A DNA stretch of 54,448 bases, taken from positions 1 through 54,448 of the IMG/VR virus record IMGVR_UViG_3300017971_000337, one strand, 5' to 3'. A program made the translations under genes and the position numbers. Of the stretch, positions 27,588 through 36,624 are shown piece by piece. The DNA comes from a virus (taxonomy: Duplodnaviria; Caudoviricetes). Below the pieces are notes generated by a model. The model made no database searches and was not told the origin of the DNA. It saw only the letters and a program-made list of their open reading frames with translations. Position 1 is the stretch's first letter, and each line of letters opens with the position of its first letter.

Positions 27588-29069
27588 TTACGCCAGCTCT
27601 TCGCCAGCTTTCATAAGGGCTTCATGCCTGTCTAGCCCTTCAGCTTTTTGAATTTCAGCTGCTCTTTCATCGATTTTGCTTTTCCTGTCATTTTCCCGAC
27701 TGAAGTGCTCTACATCGGTACTTGTCAGGTCGCTAAAATCTACCTTTCCAGGACATATCTCAAAGAATTTTTCAATGTACTCAGAAATCGGTCGCTTAAT
27801 CTCGACTTCCTCTTCGTCCACTTTCTTTGTTAGAAGAATTACTTCTTCAGACGCCTTGGACATAAGGACAGGCTTCCAGTATTCAACAACATTCTTTGGA
27901 ACTCCGCTGTTGATAGCCTTCGAGCAAATGGCTTCTGCCGTTTTCTTCTTTGTGTCTGCCTTCAAGGTTTCAAGGTCAGAAAAGAATTTCTTCTGCTCTT
28001 CGTCCTTGTCAACAAGCTGTTTCTTCAAATCATTGATTTGGTTTTCGAAGCTTGTCTTAAGTTCAACTACCTGGGACAAAGGAACAACCTGATTCTTGTC
28101 TTCCTTTTTGTCCTCAACGGGTGTGATGTCTATGCTCTTGTCTTCCTTTTCTTTCTTAGAAAAGAATTCTGTAATTCCAGTGACAATCTTCTGAGCAAAG
28201 CTTTCATCCATTGCGGGTACATCTTTTGACTTGTCGTCATTTTGCTTGGACATGTTGTCCTCCTCTATTATTAAATTTCCACCATACTCCAGAGCCTTGC
28301 TCATATGCACATCAGAAATATGCATCAATGATGGTTTATTAGTTAAGACAATTCGTTTAATAAATTTTTTACCTGTATCCCTCCAATTCATAACAACTTC
28401 CGGAGAGATAGAACGAAAGTATTTCCCACTGAATAGAAACTCCTTAAGTTTCTTAGGGACATCCGTGATGTCACAAAAAATAGCCTTCCCTTCTTTTCTT
28501 AGATTAGACAACAATCCAAGGTTTGGAAGTTCTTCATAGGGACTTGTTTTCTTTCCTAGTAGTTCCTTCAGCATGAGCTGTTCATCAGAATGACTAACTC
28601 CTACATTCGGTACCACCTTCTTAGAAAGTATATTCTTATTTCCAAGCTCCACGATATCCTCAAGGTCACGCTCCGTGAACTTAAGATTGTGTGAATTCTT
28701 GAACAGGTTAAAAATTTCTATGTTCTTTACTGTCGTCGTGTCGCCGTTAAAAACATCGGTCACCGTTGACATGTCCTTTTTTGTCTCCTTATCTGGAGCA
28801 TCGTCCTTTTTACCGTCGCCTGCTTTTTTATCATCACTCGCAGGTTCAAACAAAGACGGCTTCTTGCCTTGCTTAGACAACCATTCCTTGGACAGCTCCA
28901 CAGAAAACTTGTCTTTGGGAAATCTAAAGGACTGTATCTTAACTATGTCCTCATCCTTTAAGCTTCCTCCGTAAATCTGTATGCCATTTTCAAGTTCTTT
29001 CAACATTCGCAGTTCCGCGAACTTATCTGGCTCTTCCATTCTAGCTGTATGGAAATTTGGGTACGGCAT
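27588..29069 (-). CDS. Prohead protease/scaffold protein (Mu gpI-like)
   Basis: MPYPN.H.AR..P..F N-terminal domain; H...G...Y..ISPE...LTNKP protease motifs; coiled-coil C-terminus. Confidence 0.8.
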   Translation of the reverse strand: MPYPNFHTARMEEPDKFAELRMLKELENGIQIYGGSLKDEDIVKIQSFRFPKDKFSVELSKEWLSKQGKKPSLFEPASDDKKAGDGKKDDAPDKETKKDMSTVTDVFNGDTTTVKNIEIFNLFKNSHNLKFTERDLEDIVELGNKNILSKKVVPNVGVSHSDEQLMLKELLGKKTSPYEELPNLGLLSNLRKEGKAIFCDITDVPKKLKEFLFSGKYFRSISPEVVMNWRDTGKKFIKRIVLTNKPSLMHISDVHMSKALEYGGNLIIEEDNMSKQNDDKSKDVPAMDESFAQKIVTGITEFFSKKEKEDKSIDITPVEDKKEDKNQVVPLSQVVELKTSFENQINDLKKQLVDKDEEQKKFFSDLETLKADTKKKTAEAICSKAINSGVPKNVVEYWKPVLMSKASEEVILLTKKVDEEEVEIKRPISEYIEKFFEICPGKVDFSDLTSTDVEHFSRENDRKSKIDERAAEIQKAEGLDRHEALMKAGEELA

Positions 29070-29079
29070 AATTAACCTC

Positions 29080-31350
29080 CTAGCATTCTAAGCAACAGAA
29101 TGTTTTTAAATCAATTTTATCACCGACCTTCGCGGTTACATTATCGACGGTCATAGGTTTTCCTTTCTTATTAGTTGTTAAGTCCGTGTCTTCTATAGCT
29201 GGATTGTCTATATCTTCTTTTGTGATTGGCAACCAGAAGCATCTACAATTATAGTGTATCGGTGTTTGATACTTCTCAACGACTGGTGAGTTTTCAGGTA
29301 CAATCAATCCATCAAGTTCAGCGCACAATTCACAAACCTTGTCATCCATGATAGCGGAAAACTGTACTCGCTGAATTTCTTTTTCCTTTGGAATAAGTCC
29401 CTTCGCTACCAGTTTTTTATTTGCCTTTCTGTAATCGTAGTTCGCTTTGTCCAAAGTAAATCCAGTTTCAACTTCTCCAAGAAGCGGAACCTTCTTCTCT
29501 ACATAATCTTCCCCGACCTTTCCAAGCCTTTCTAACATTTCGGCTTTTGCCAGACCGGATGATATGTCAGTACTCACTTGATATTTTATTGCATTACTTA
29601 AATCGTCAATAAACTTGGAACCTGTTATATCTGTCCTAAATCCAAGGAAGGCTGTCTTCGTGTCGGTGTTCGCAAGATTAGCCCTCCCTTCTACGGAACC
29701 CTTTACGCTGGTATGGGTATGGTCATAAACCTGTTCTAAGAACTCTCTTATATGTTTTCTAAACTTGCCTTTCTTAACAACTATATTCTTAACTAACGAC
29801 GCGACCTTTTCCGTTCCGTAGTTTTTATCCAGATACCTGGAAATCCTCTCTATCTGGAACTCAACCTCGGCTTTCATCTTTTCTTGAAATTCTTTGTTAA
29901 GCTGGTCAAGGGTAGAACTCAGTTCCGCGAGTTTACATTGTTCTTCTCTAGCTGTAAGAGGCCTCCATCTGAGGGCGGACAGTTTTCCTTCTTTAATCTT
30001 GATATCTTTTGCTATGATATCTTTTATTTCATCGGACTCTTCTCCCTTTTTGTCCTCGCCATTTTCTTTGGCTTCTATTTCTTTTATCTCATCTATGTCT
30101 TCTTCGACCGGCTCTTCAGAAATTTCCTCAGGTGTTTCTTCTGGTATTTCTTCTTCCTCTTCTTCAGGTTCTTCCAGCGGGATACCTGTTTTATCAATTA
30201 GCCATTGTTGTTCTACACCGAACACTCCCTTATCTACTAATTTCTCAGCAATCTTTTCAGCTAGCTCTTTACTGTCATCATCAATTTTCCCTGGCTTAAT
30301 CTTCAGGGTAATTTCCGGGTCGAAGTTAAGTTCCTTCCAATGAGGGACAACATATCTATCGATACTATCAACAATATCATCTAGAACAGCTTGTCTCCTA
30401 AGCACAAACATATTCTGGAAGCTTTCAACGGAAGCCCTTGAACCTATCTCTCCCTGGGTTAGAGCCTTTTCTGGAATAACGAGGCCTCGTAAAATCATTT
30501 GGTCTAAGTAGTTCGCCCTTTCTATGAAAGGATTTGTTTTATCATTCATGTCCAGGTATTCAATTTCCCAGAGCTTGTTTCCCTTTTCATCAGTCGCCGA
30601 AGGTATAGCGACAACCGTCCCTTCCATGATTCCGTCCAGTAAATTAAGCATTACATCCTGGTTGTCCGTCTCAGAATCTGATACTGTCGTTTTCCCATCC
30701 GGATAATAACCTTTTAAGATACCTGTTCCCTTCCTTTCTAAGTACCTCATGTGAAACTGTCTGTTAAGATTCGCGTCGTACCAATAAGGGTAGATGGATT
30801 CCTGGGCTGATATCCCATAATAATTGCCGGATTCAAAATCGTTTACAAAGACCAGAGGCTTTCTGTCCTTAACAAGTACATCCACCTCGTTTCCGTTTAT
30901 GTTCTGCTGAAATCCCTTGAAACTGCCGTTTGGCTCGGTTAGGATCTTAATAGTTTCCCCGTCCAATCCTTTCGGCTCCTTTAATAAAATCCCTTCAAAG
31001 GTTTTCATTTTATCTTCTTCGTAGTATTTCAGTTTCCCTGGCTTGTACCGTAACTCCATCGCCTTAAATCCAAAGTCCAAGCATTCACTCCCTTCTACAA
31101 ACATCCTTTTCCATATCTGCTTAAACATAGCTTCTGTGACCATTTTAGCTTCTTCGTCTTCTTCGCATTCCACTACGAAAGGGATATCTGACAAGCCGAG
31201 CTTGATAAATTTTAATCCCATCCAGCACATAGGATACACTCGCATCTTTTTATACTGGTCTACTGTACGGTCACTGCAGTATTGGAGTTCATCTCCCAAT
31301 CCCCATGACCCGTCGCCATAATGAGTTATTTCTTTTAATAGATTTGCCAT
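29080..31350 (-). CDS. Portal protein (DUF935/Mu gp29-like) fused through an acidic linker to a Mu gpF-like head morphogenesis domain
   Basis: Follows TerL; YG.S....IY..W, ERKG and GS.A portal motifs; poly-E linker; SAIMD..VC.LC..LDG...P.HYNCRC. Confidence 0.85.
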   Translation of the reverse strand: MANLLKEITHYGDGSWGLGDELQYCSDRTVDQYKKMRVYPMCWMGLKFIKLGLSDIPFVVECEEDEEAKMVTEAMFKQIWKRMFVEGSECLDFGFKAMELRYKPGKLKYYEEDKMKTFEGILLKEPKGLDGETIKILTEPNGSFKGFQQNINGNEVDVLVKDRKPLVFVNDFESGNYYGISAQESIYPYWYDANLNRQFHMRYLERKGTGILKGYYPDGKTTVSDSETDNQDVMLNLLDGIMEGTVVAIPSATDEKGNKLWEIEYLDMNDKTNPFIERANYLDQMILRGLVIPEKALTQGEIGSRASVESFQNMFVLRRQAVLDDIVDSIDRYVVPHWKELNFDPEITLKIKPGKIDDDSKELAEKIAEKLVDKGVFGVEQQWLIDKTGIPLEEPEEEEEEIPEETPEEISEEPVEEDIDEIKEIEAKENGEDKKGEESDEIKDIIAKDIKIKEGKLSALRWRPLTAREEQCKLAELSSTLDQLNKEFQEKMKAEVEFQIERISRYLDKNYGTEKVASLVKNIVVKKGKFRKHIREFLEQVYDHTHTSVKGSVEGRANLANTDTKTAFLGFRTDITGSKFIDDLSNAIKYQVSTDISSGLAKAEMLERLGKVGEDYVEKKVPLLGEVETGFTLDKANYDYRKANKKLVAKGLIPKEKEIQRVQFSAIMDDKVCELCAELDGLIVPENSPVVEKYQTPIHYNCRCFWLPITKEDIDNPAIEDTDLTTNKKGKPMTVDNVTAKVGDKIDLKTFCCLEC

Positions 31351-31362
31351 ATTTGTTTTCTT

Positions 31363-32643
31363 TTATGTTGGTAGATTTGAAACCTTAGACCTTCGCCGGT
31401 CATTGAACTGACTAGTCTTTGGAGCCACTACTCTCTGACGGCTTTTCCAAAGATGTTCCGTCGCGTATCTTACTCCTGCTATTGTGTCGTCATCTATTTC
31501 AACAAATTCATTTTCTACTATTGTTCCGTCTTTCAATTCTCTTCTTTTATACTTAGGAAATTCCCGAACGGCATTTGGACAGTTAGTTTTATGGATATTG
31601 ATTTCGTAGTTCTTTATAAAATCTATTCCGTCCTTCAAAGAACCTTTTCCCTTCTTGGAACCAACAATGTTGAATCCAGCTTGTTTGAATTCCTTTATCC
31701 TATCCGGCTCAGCACTATCAGCTACAATTAACAGGTTCTTATCGAATCCCGCCGACTCGACCTTTTCCACAAACTCGCTGTTCGTTAGTCCTTTAAAATA
31801 TAATTCGTAATATATAAACAGCTTGTCTTCCCGGAATCCCACTCGCATTAAAGTCGCGGCATGGACGAAACCGAAATCCATTCCGTTACAAAGTGATTCC
31901 AGGGATGTGTCATCGTAATTAAAATCCCATGCTTTAATGTTATTGAATACCCGAGCCGTTGATATGATTCCCCATTCACCGAGAGCGTATACAGTATAAT
32001 AGTAATTATCAACGGTTTCGTAGCTTTCTATGAGTAGTCTGTCTTCTTCGGTTAAGAATTTATTGTCTTTATAGGTTGTCTTTAAAATGAAAACATTATC
32101 ATGCTGTATATCAAAGAATCTCTTCTTAATCCAATGGTCAGCGTCGATGGGATTGAACGATAGGATTATAAACTTAAGAAGCTTGGATTGTCCCCGGAGC
32201 CTTAATCGTAATTGATTAAAATCTTTTTCTTTTATTTCACTGGCCTCTTCCACCCAGATAACGGTCAACGGTCCTGTCTTAAAGGTCGTGGACTTGAGCT
32301 TCTCTACATTGTCCAGCCCTTTAAAAATAATCTGGTTCCCATTGATACAGGTTATTTTCTCACCGCCATGTGAACGGTTTATTTTGAACAGGTCTTGTAT
32401 CTCCCAGTCGTTGATTACTTTACAAAGTTCCGCGAAGGTGGAATCATTATTTGTCGCCGCAATGTACCGGACAACCATAACATTAAATCCAATGAATGTC
32501 ATTAGTCCGGTGATAAGTTTCTGCGCAACGAAGACGGACTTTCCGCTGGAAGCTCCTCCATAATATATTTGTATAGGGTCGTCCAGGTATAGATGCGGAA
32601 AGTACACATCATTAAAAACTTCACGATGGATATTAACTTGCAT
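31363..32643 (-). CDS. terL: Terminase large subunit (PBSX/SPP1-like)
   Basis: YGGASSGKS Walker A, WVEEASE Walker B, SFNP, GMDFG and ADSAEP motifs. Confidence 0.95.
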   Translation of the reverse strand: MQVNIHREVFNDVYFPHLYLDDPIQIYYGGASSGKSVFVAQKLITGLMTFIGFNVMVVRYIAATNNDSTFAELCKVINDWEIQDLFKINRSHGGEKITCINGNQIIFKGLDNVEKLKSTTFKTGPLTVIWVEEASEIKEKDFNQLRLRLRGQSKLLKFIILSFNPIDADHWIKKRFFDIQHDNVFILKTTYKDNKFLTEEDRLLIESYETVDNYYYTVYALGEWGIISTARVFNNIKAWDFNYDDTSLESLCNGMDFGFVHAATLMRVGFREDKLFIYYELYFKGLTNSEFVEKVESAGFDKNLLIVADSAEPDRIKEFKQAGFNIVGSKKGKGSLKDGIDFIKNYEINIHKTNCPNAVREFPKYKRRELKDGTIVENEFVEIDDDTIAGVRYATEHLWKSRQRVVAPKTSQFNDRRRSKVSNLPT

Positions 32644-32972
32644 CAGTCCTTAACTACTCTGACTGTGATTATGCTGTCCTTCTTTTTCGCTTCGAAGAAA
32701 TCCGGGTAGAGTACTTCTGCCATATCCATGGTGGCTTTATAGCTCAGCCCTTCATTATCAGAATCCATAAATGTCCTAAGGTTCTGTATCACCCTTTCCC
32801 TCTCCTCGATTAAAAACAATTCAAGCCGGGACTGAAATTCTTTGTCCGTATCAAGTACAGCCCTTTCGTCTTCGGTTACACCAGCCTTCTTGTAGGACAT
32901 ATCTTTGTCGAATGTTTTCTTATAGCTGTTAACGACCAGCTCTTTCTTTTCAGTTAGTTCCCGGTTTTCCAT
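32643..32972 (-). CDS. Putative terminase small subunit
   Basis: Small helical protein overlapping the TerL start; likely start MENRELTEKK at 32972; C-terminal ITVRVV strand. Confidence 0.65.
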   Translation of the reverse strand: MENRELTEKKELVVNSYKKTFDKDMSYKKAGVTEDERAVLDTDKEFQSRLELFLIEERERVIQNLRTFMDSDNEGLSYKATMDMAEVLYPDFFEAKKKDSIITVRVVKD

Positions 32973-33241
32973 CGTGTTATCAAATCTTCCTATATAACTA
33001 CCTATACATAATATACAATAAATGTAAATGATTAAACAAGAAAAAGTTATCATCTTTAATTTTATGTATAGTATTAAAGTAACTACCGAAATGCACGCGA
33101 CTGAACATTATTCTGTGACGCCTGGAAACAAGATAAGGCTGTCGCCGGGATAAGGGTTTTATATACAAGTATAGATTAGATTCCGTCACATCCGCTTATA
33201 TCCATCGTAATTTATTCCAAAAAGCCGGTATAGACAAAAAA

Positions 33242-33688
33242 TGTACTCAATGTACTCATAATGTACTCATCTAAAAACAGGTAAAATTTGGTAACCGTCA
33301 ATATATAAGGAAACAAATAATTATTTTTGTATAGTTTGAGTACAATGAGTACAATAGTACAGACAAAAATATGGAGAGTTGAAATTTTCCAGATTTCTGG
33401 AGGGCTGAAATTAGCGATATAGTGTACTCATTGTACTCACTACACTATACAAATATTTAGTGTGATAACCGTAACTACTGGACTGTCCAGGGTTTACATT
33501 CCCAACCAGCTGGTTGGACATTGAGTACAACCTGAGTACAATGAGTACAAAATCCTATTCAAAAGTTGACCGTCAAAAATTATTATTTGTTAGGGTGACA
33601 ACCGTAACTACTGGACTGTCCAGGGTTTACAGCCCTAACAAAAAACGGGTGATAGGGCGAAATTTCAGCCCTTTATAGATGTACTCAC
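33242..33688. repeat. Array of about 11 TGTACTCA/TGAGTACA octamers in alternating-orientation clusters
   Basis: Cores at 33243, 33252, 33263 (fwd); 33337, 33346 (rev); 33424, 33433 (fwd); 33522, 33533, 33542 (rev); 33681 (fwd). Confidence 0.9.
33467..33631 (+). repeat. 32-bp exact direct repeat AACCGTAACTACTGGACTGTCCAGGGTTTACA (33467-33498 and 33600-33631)
   Basis: Read directly; each copy contains a CTGGA-CTG-TCCAG inverted repeat. Confidence 0.9.
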
Positions 33689-33758
33689 AACATCACTATT
33701 GACAAAATGACTATCAATAATTACTACTCATTTCCACAAAACTGCTCACTCGTCTAAG

Positions 33759-33819
33759 TACCACTTTTTCGTCGCGAAGCGAAAAAAGTGGTATCAATAT
33801 AATTAGATTATGATAGAGT
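33759..33819 (+). promoter_or_regulatory. Early promoter 1 with an upstream ACTTTTT-N-AAAAAAGT palindrome
   Basis: TACCACTTTTT...AAAAAGTGGTA inverted repeat, then TGnTAGAGT extended -10-like element. Confidence 0.5.
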
Positions 33820-33854
33820 GATATCATAACAAATTTAAGAAAAAGGAGAACAAA

Positions 33855-34157
33855 ATGAACGATTTTAAGAGAGAAAAATTTAATAAACAATTTAAGGAAA
33901 ATGACGAGTTAGTAGCAGTTATTTGGGAAGGCGGAAGACGGCTATTAGTATGCGATAAGGTTACCGGCTACAAAGTAACCGTAAACCGCGACTACGATGA
34001 AATGGAAGAGTACGATAACAATAACTTTTATTTTTTTGGACAGCTTTTATTGATAGCCGTTGAACAGCACCAGAGGCGCGAACATAACCGTAAAGTTAGA
34101 AATTACAGAGAATTAAAGAGACTTATGAAAGTAATTAAAAACGAACTTAATAAGTAG
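33855..34157 (+). CDS. Early hypothetical protein
   Basis: AAGGAG RBS; 100 aa; first gene of the plus-strand block. Confidence 0.75.
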   Translation: MNDFKREKFNKQFKENDELVAVIWEGGRRLLVCDKVTGYKVTVNRDYDEMEEYDNNNFYFFGQLLLIAVEQHQRREHNRKVRNYRELKRLMKVIKNELNK

Positions 34158-34191
34158 TAAAAATTTAATAACAAAAAAGGAGAAATGAACA

Positions 34192-34362
34192 ATGAAAACT
34201 AACAAACAAATTAACAATTTAACCGCTCACGATTTAATAACCATTGAGATGGCACTTGAAAAGTATTTAGACAATACTACCAGCGAGAAATTGAGGGATG
34301 CCATACAGGGTACACTTAACAGAGTAACCGACATAGCAAACATAGAGATAGTAAATAAGTAG
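34192..34362 (+). CDS. Early hypothetical protein, 56 aa (MKTNKQINNLTAHDLITIEMALEKY...), not in the ORF track
   Basis: Manual translation; AAGGAG RBS; followed by a terminator. Confidence 0.7.
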   Translation: MKTNKQINNLTAHDLITIEMALEKYLDNTTSEKLRDAIQGTLNRVTDIANIEIVNK

Positions 34363-34388
34363 TAACCATTTTAATTTTTTTGAGGCGA

Positions 34389-34419
34389 ATACCCTGTACC
34401 GAGTACAGGGTATTTTTTT
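34389..34419 (+). terminator. Intrinsic terminator
   Basis: ATACCCTGTAC-CGA-GTACAGGGTAT followed by a T-run. Confidence 0.8.
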
Positions 34420-34670
34420 GCACCGATTTACCTGTAAACCGACGAAAACCACCGAAATTAGCGTATTTTACCTTATATAACCGGATATAAGGGCTTTTAT
34501 TTACGGGGTAACCCTATTATACCTGGTAACCTTTTAAAAGCCCTCAGATCCGCTGTATTCCAGCCTAATTTACTGAAAATTAGCAATTTTAACCAAATAT
34601 GTACCCTATACCCGAAATACCGGAAAATTTCGGTATTTATACCGGCTCCCGGCTGTACCTGTAAAAAAGC

Positions 34671-34729
34671 CACTTTTTTACCGGTCAGGGAAAAAAGTGC
34701 TAGCCGAACTTTCTTTTTATGAGTATATT
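34671..34729 (+). promoter_or_regulatory. Early promoter 2 with an upstream palindrome
   Basis: CACTTTTTT-N11-AAAAAAGTG, then TAGCCG-17 bp-TATATT. Confidence 0.55.
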
Positions 34730-34778
34730 GATTATAGAGTTAAGAAACAAAAACCAAAGAACAAAGGAGACAAGAACC

Positions 34779-35069
34779 ATGACAACAATAACCTACAAAA
34801 AAGCTACTACTAACGATAACAGAAGCTGGAAGAAAATTACGAAGAGGGCACGAATTATAAGATGGGCATACTATAACAAGTATAAAACCATTAAAAAGGG
34901 CGCACAGGAGCTGGGACAGAGCGAAAGCCGTTTTATGGGAATGTTGAACGGACTACAGAGAGCCGGTTACATAACCTTTACAAAGACCGAGAGCGGGAAA
35001 GCTGTAAACCTGCGATTAACCCAAAGCGCATACTACGCACGGTATTATATAACCAGCGGGATAGCGTAA
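34779..35069 (+). CDS. Early protein, possible winged helix-turn-helix
   Basis: TIKKGAQELGQSESRF..ML..LQRAGYI..T pattern; AAGGAG RBS before ATG 34779. Confidence 0.6.
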   Translation: MTTITYKKATTNDNRSWKKITKRARIIRWAYYNKYKTIKKGAQELGQSESRFMGMLNGLQRAGYITFTKTESGKAVNLRLTQSAYYARYYITSGIA

Positions 35070-35101
35070 ATTTTACCCGAACCGCCCAGCCCGAGCTGGG
35101 A

Positions 35102-35145
35102 GGTTTATAAGGGTTTTTTAACCTGTTAAAAAACCCTTATAAACC
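35102..35145. repeat. Perfect 21-bp inverted repeat with a 2-nt spacer
   Basis: GGTTTATAAGGGTTTTTTAAC-CT-GTTAAAAAACCCTTATAAACC. Confidence 0.9.
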
Positions 35146-35204
35146 GTTGACTTAAGGACGGTAAAAATTACTTAACAAAAAAATTTATTTAAAGGAGGCC
35201 ACTG

Positions 35205-35678
35205 ATGGCTGATAACAACAAAAAAGACGTAAAGGTAGACCCCAAAGAGGCAGCGAAAAAAGCGAAGAAGGAAGCACGCAAAAAAGCGAAGAAAGAGGCG
35301 TACGACCTGATTAAGCAGACTATTGAGGGGATTAAGGACCCACAGGTTAAGGAAAAGGCGATTAACGCACTTAAGGTTGTGAGGCCGAGCCTTTACGGTA
35401 TAGTAAGAGCCGGGAGCGCCACAGCTGACTTTATAGCCCACGTTGTAGAGGCTGGAAAGCCGGTGAGCGAAGTGGACATTTTTAACACCTTTAAAATGGG
35501 ACGCAAGGAATGCGCAGGGCACATACGGAAGAGCCTGAGAAAAGCCGAACCCAAAGACAGAACCTGGATAGCCTTTAATAAGGATAAGGGCGAATATACG
35601 GTTATGGGAACAGGCGAAAAGGCACCCGAAGGGTGGACAGGTTATGTACCGGCTGAAGAGGAAATTGACCTGAAGTAA
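35205..35678 (+). CDS. Early basic protein with a Lys/Ala-rich N-terminus, possibly DNA-binding
   Basis: AAGGAGG RBS; KEAAKKAKKEARKKAKKE segment; followed by a terminator. Confidence 0.75.
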   Translation: MADNNKKDVKVDPKEAAKKAKKEARKKAKKEAYDLIKQTIEGIKDPQVKEKAINALKVVRPSLYGIVRAGSATADFIAHVVEAGKPVSEVDIFNTFKMGRKECAGHIRKSLRKAEPKDRTWIAFNKDKGEYTVMGTGEKAPEGWTGYVPAEEEIDLK

Positions 35679-35700
35679 GATACCCTAACATTTATTGCGA

Positions 35701-35732
35701 AATAGCCGGTTATTTTAACCGGCTATTTTTTT
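35701..35732 (+). terminator. Intrinsic terminator
   Basis: AATAGCCGGTTA-TTT-TAACCGGCTATT followed by a T-run. Confidence 0.8.
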
Positions 35733-35972
35733 GCATATTTTTACCTGTACCACCAGCCCTTCCTACCTGTTCCCCTGTTCGGGGATTTTTTACGACCCAT
35801 ATTAGCGGACCTGACGGAACCGAAATTAAAGAGGGTGTAATTACCTATTGCGCCTCCCTGGGAGGCCTCACATCCGCTGTGAGGGACGAGTTTTTAGAGA
35901 GCTGTTCCCAGGCGACCGGCTGAAATAATACCTATTCATATTTTTGTATTTGACTATGAAAATAAAACGGTG

Positions 35973-36031
35973 ACTTTTTTACTATATATAGTAAAAAAGT
36001 TCTTTACAGATTTAAGGCTATATGCGATAAT
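35973..36031 (+). promoter_or_regulatory. Early promoter 3 (sigma70-type) with a perfect 28-bp palindrome just upstream of -35
   Basis: ACTTTTTTACTATATATAGTAAAAAAGT, then TTTACA-17 bp-(TGn)GATAAT. Confidence 0.7.
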
Positions 36032-36095
36032 TGGACTCGGGGACTATACCCGAGGAACTAACGAACAATAAAATTTGAACAACGAAGGAGGAAAA

Positions 36096-36623
36096 ATGAA
36101 CAGTAACGATTTAACCCATACAGGTGACCCAGCTGAGCTGTACGAGATAGCTGAGAATAGCCTGAGGGAATGGATGGCGAAAGCCAAAGAGGAATACCCT
36201 CAGCTTGACCTGTCTTTGCCAACCTTAGACTTTACAATAAAGGGCAAGACAGCCGGACAGGCGAGGCCGAGGGAAAATAGGATAAGGCTTAACTTTATAT
36301 TATTCAAAGAGAACCTTAAAGACTTTGTAGAGAACACTATACCACACGAGCTAGCACACCTTATATCGTATGCACTGTACGGAAGAGCCGGTAACGGACA
36401 TGGCAACTACTGGAAACTTGTTATGATAAATTTGGGACTGGAGCCGGACAGATGCCATAACTACGACGTAACCAATGCCACTGTAAGAACAGTTAAGCGG
36501 ATGTACGAGTATACCTGTAATTGCAGTGAGCCCCATATGTTAACCAAAATAAAACATAACCGGATACAACGAGGCGGAGTATATGTTTGCAGAAGGTGTA
36601 ACGAAAGATTAAAGGAGGCGTAA
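36096..36623 (+). CDS. SprT-like zinc metalloprotease
   Basis: AG.A, TIPHELAH, HG..WK and C-terminal Y.C.C...C..C motifs; AAGGAGG RBS. Confidence 0.9.
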   Translation: MNSNDLTHTGDPAELYEIAENSLREWMAKAKEEYPQLDLSLPTLDFTIKGKTAGQARPRENRIRLNFILFKENLKDFVENTIPHELAHLISYALYGRAGNGHGNYWKLVMINLGLEPDRCHNYDVTNATVRTVKRMYEYTCNCSEPHMLTKIKHNRIQRGGVYVCRRCNERLKEA

Positions 36624-36624
36624 A

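Noticed and set aside
717-32563. Many plus-strand ORFs of 60-175 aa in the late region (e.g. 26353-26880, 27676-28092, 29894-30343)
   Set aside because: Antisense shadows of well-supported minus-strand genes; low-complexity Ser/Phe/Leu translations with no recognisable motifs
33240-33690. Possible CRISPR array or mini-array
   Set aside because: The octamers are too short, irregularly spaced and in both orientations; the 32-bp repeat has only two copies 101 nt apart; no cas genes
35102-35145. Protelomerase (telRL) site of a linear plasmid-phage
   Set aside because: No protelomerase/tyrosine recombinase or ParAB genes recognised
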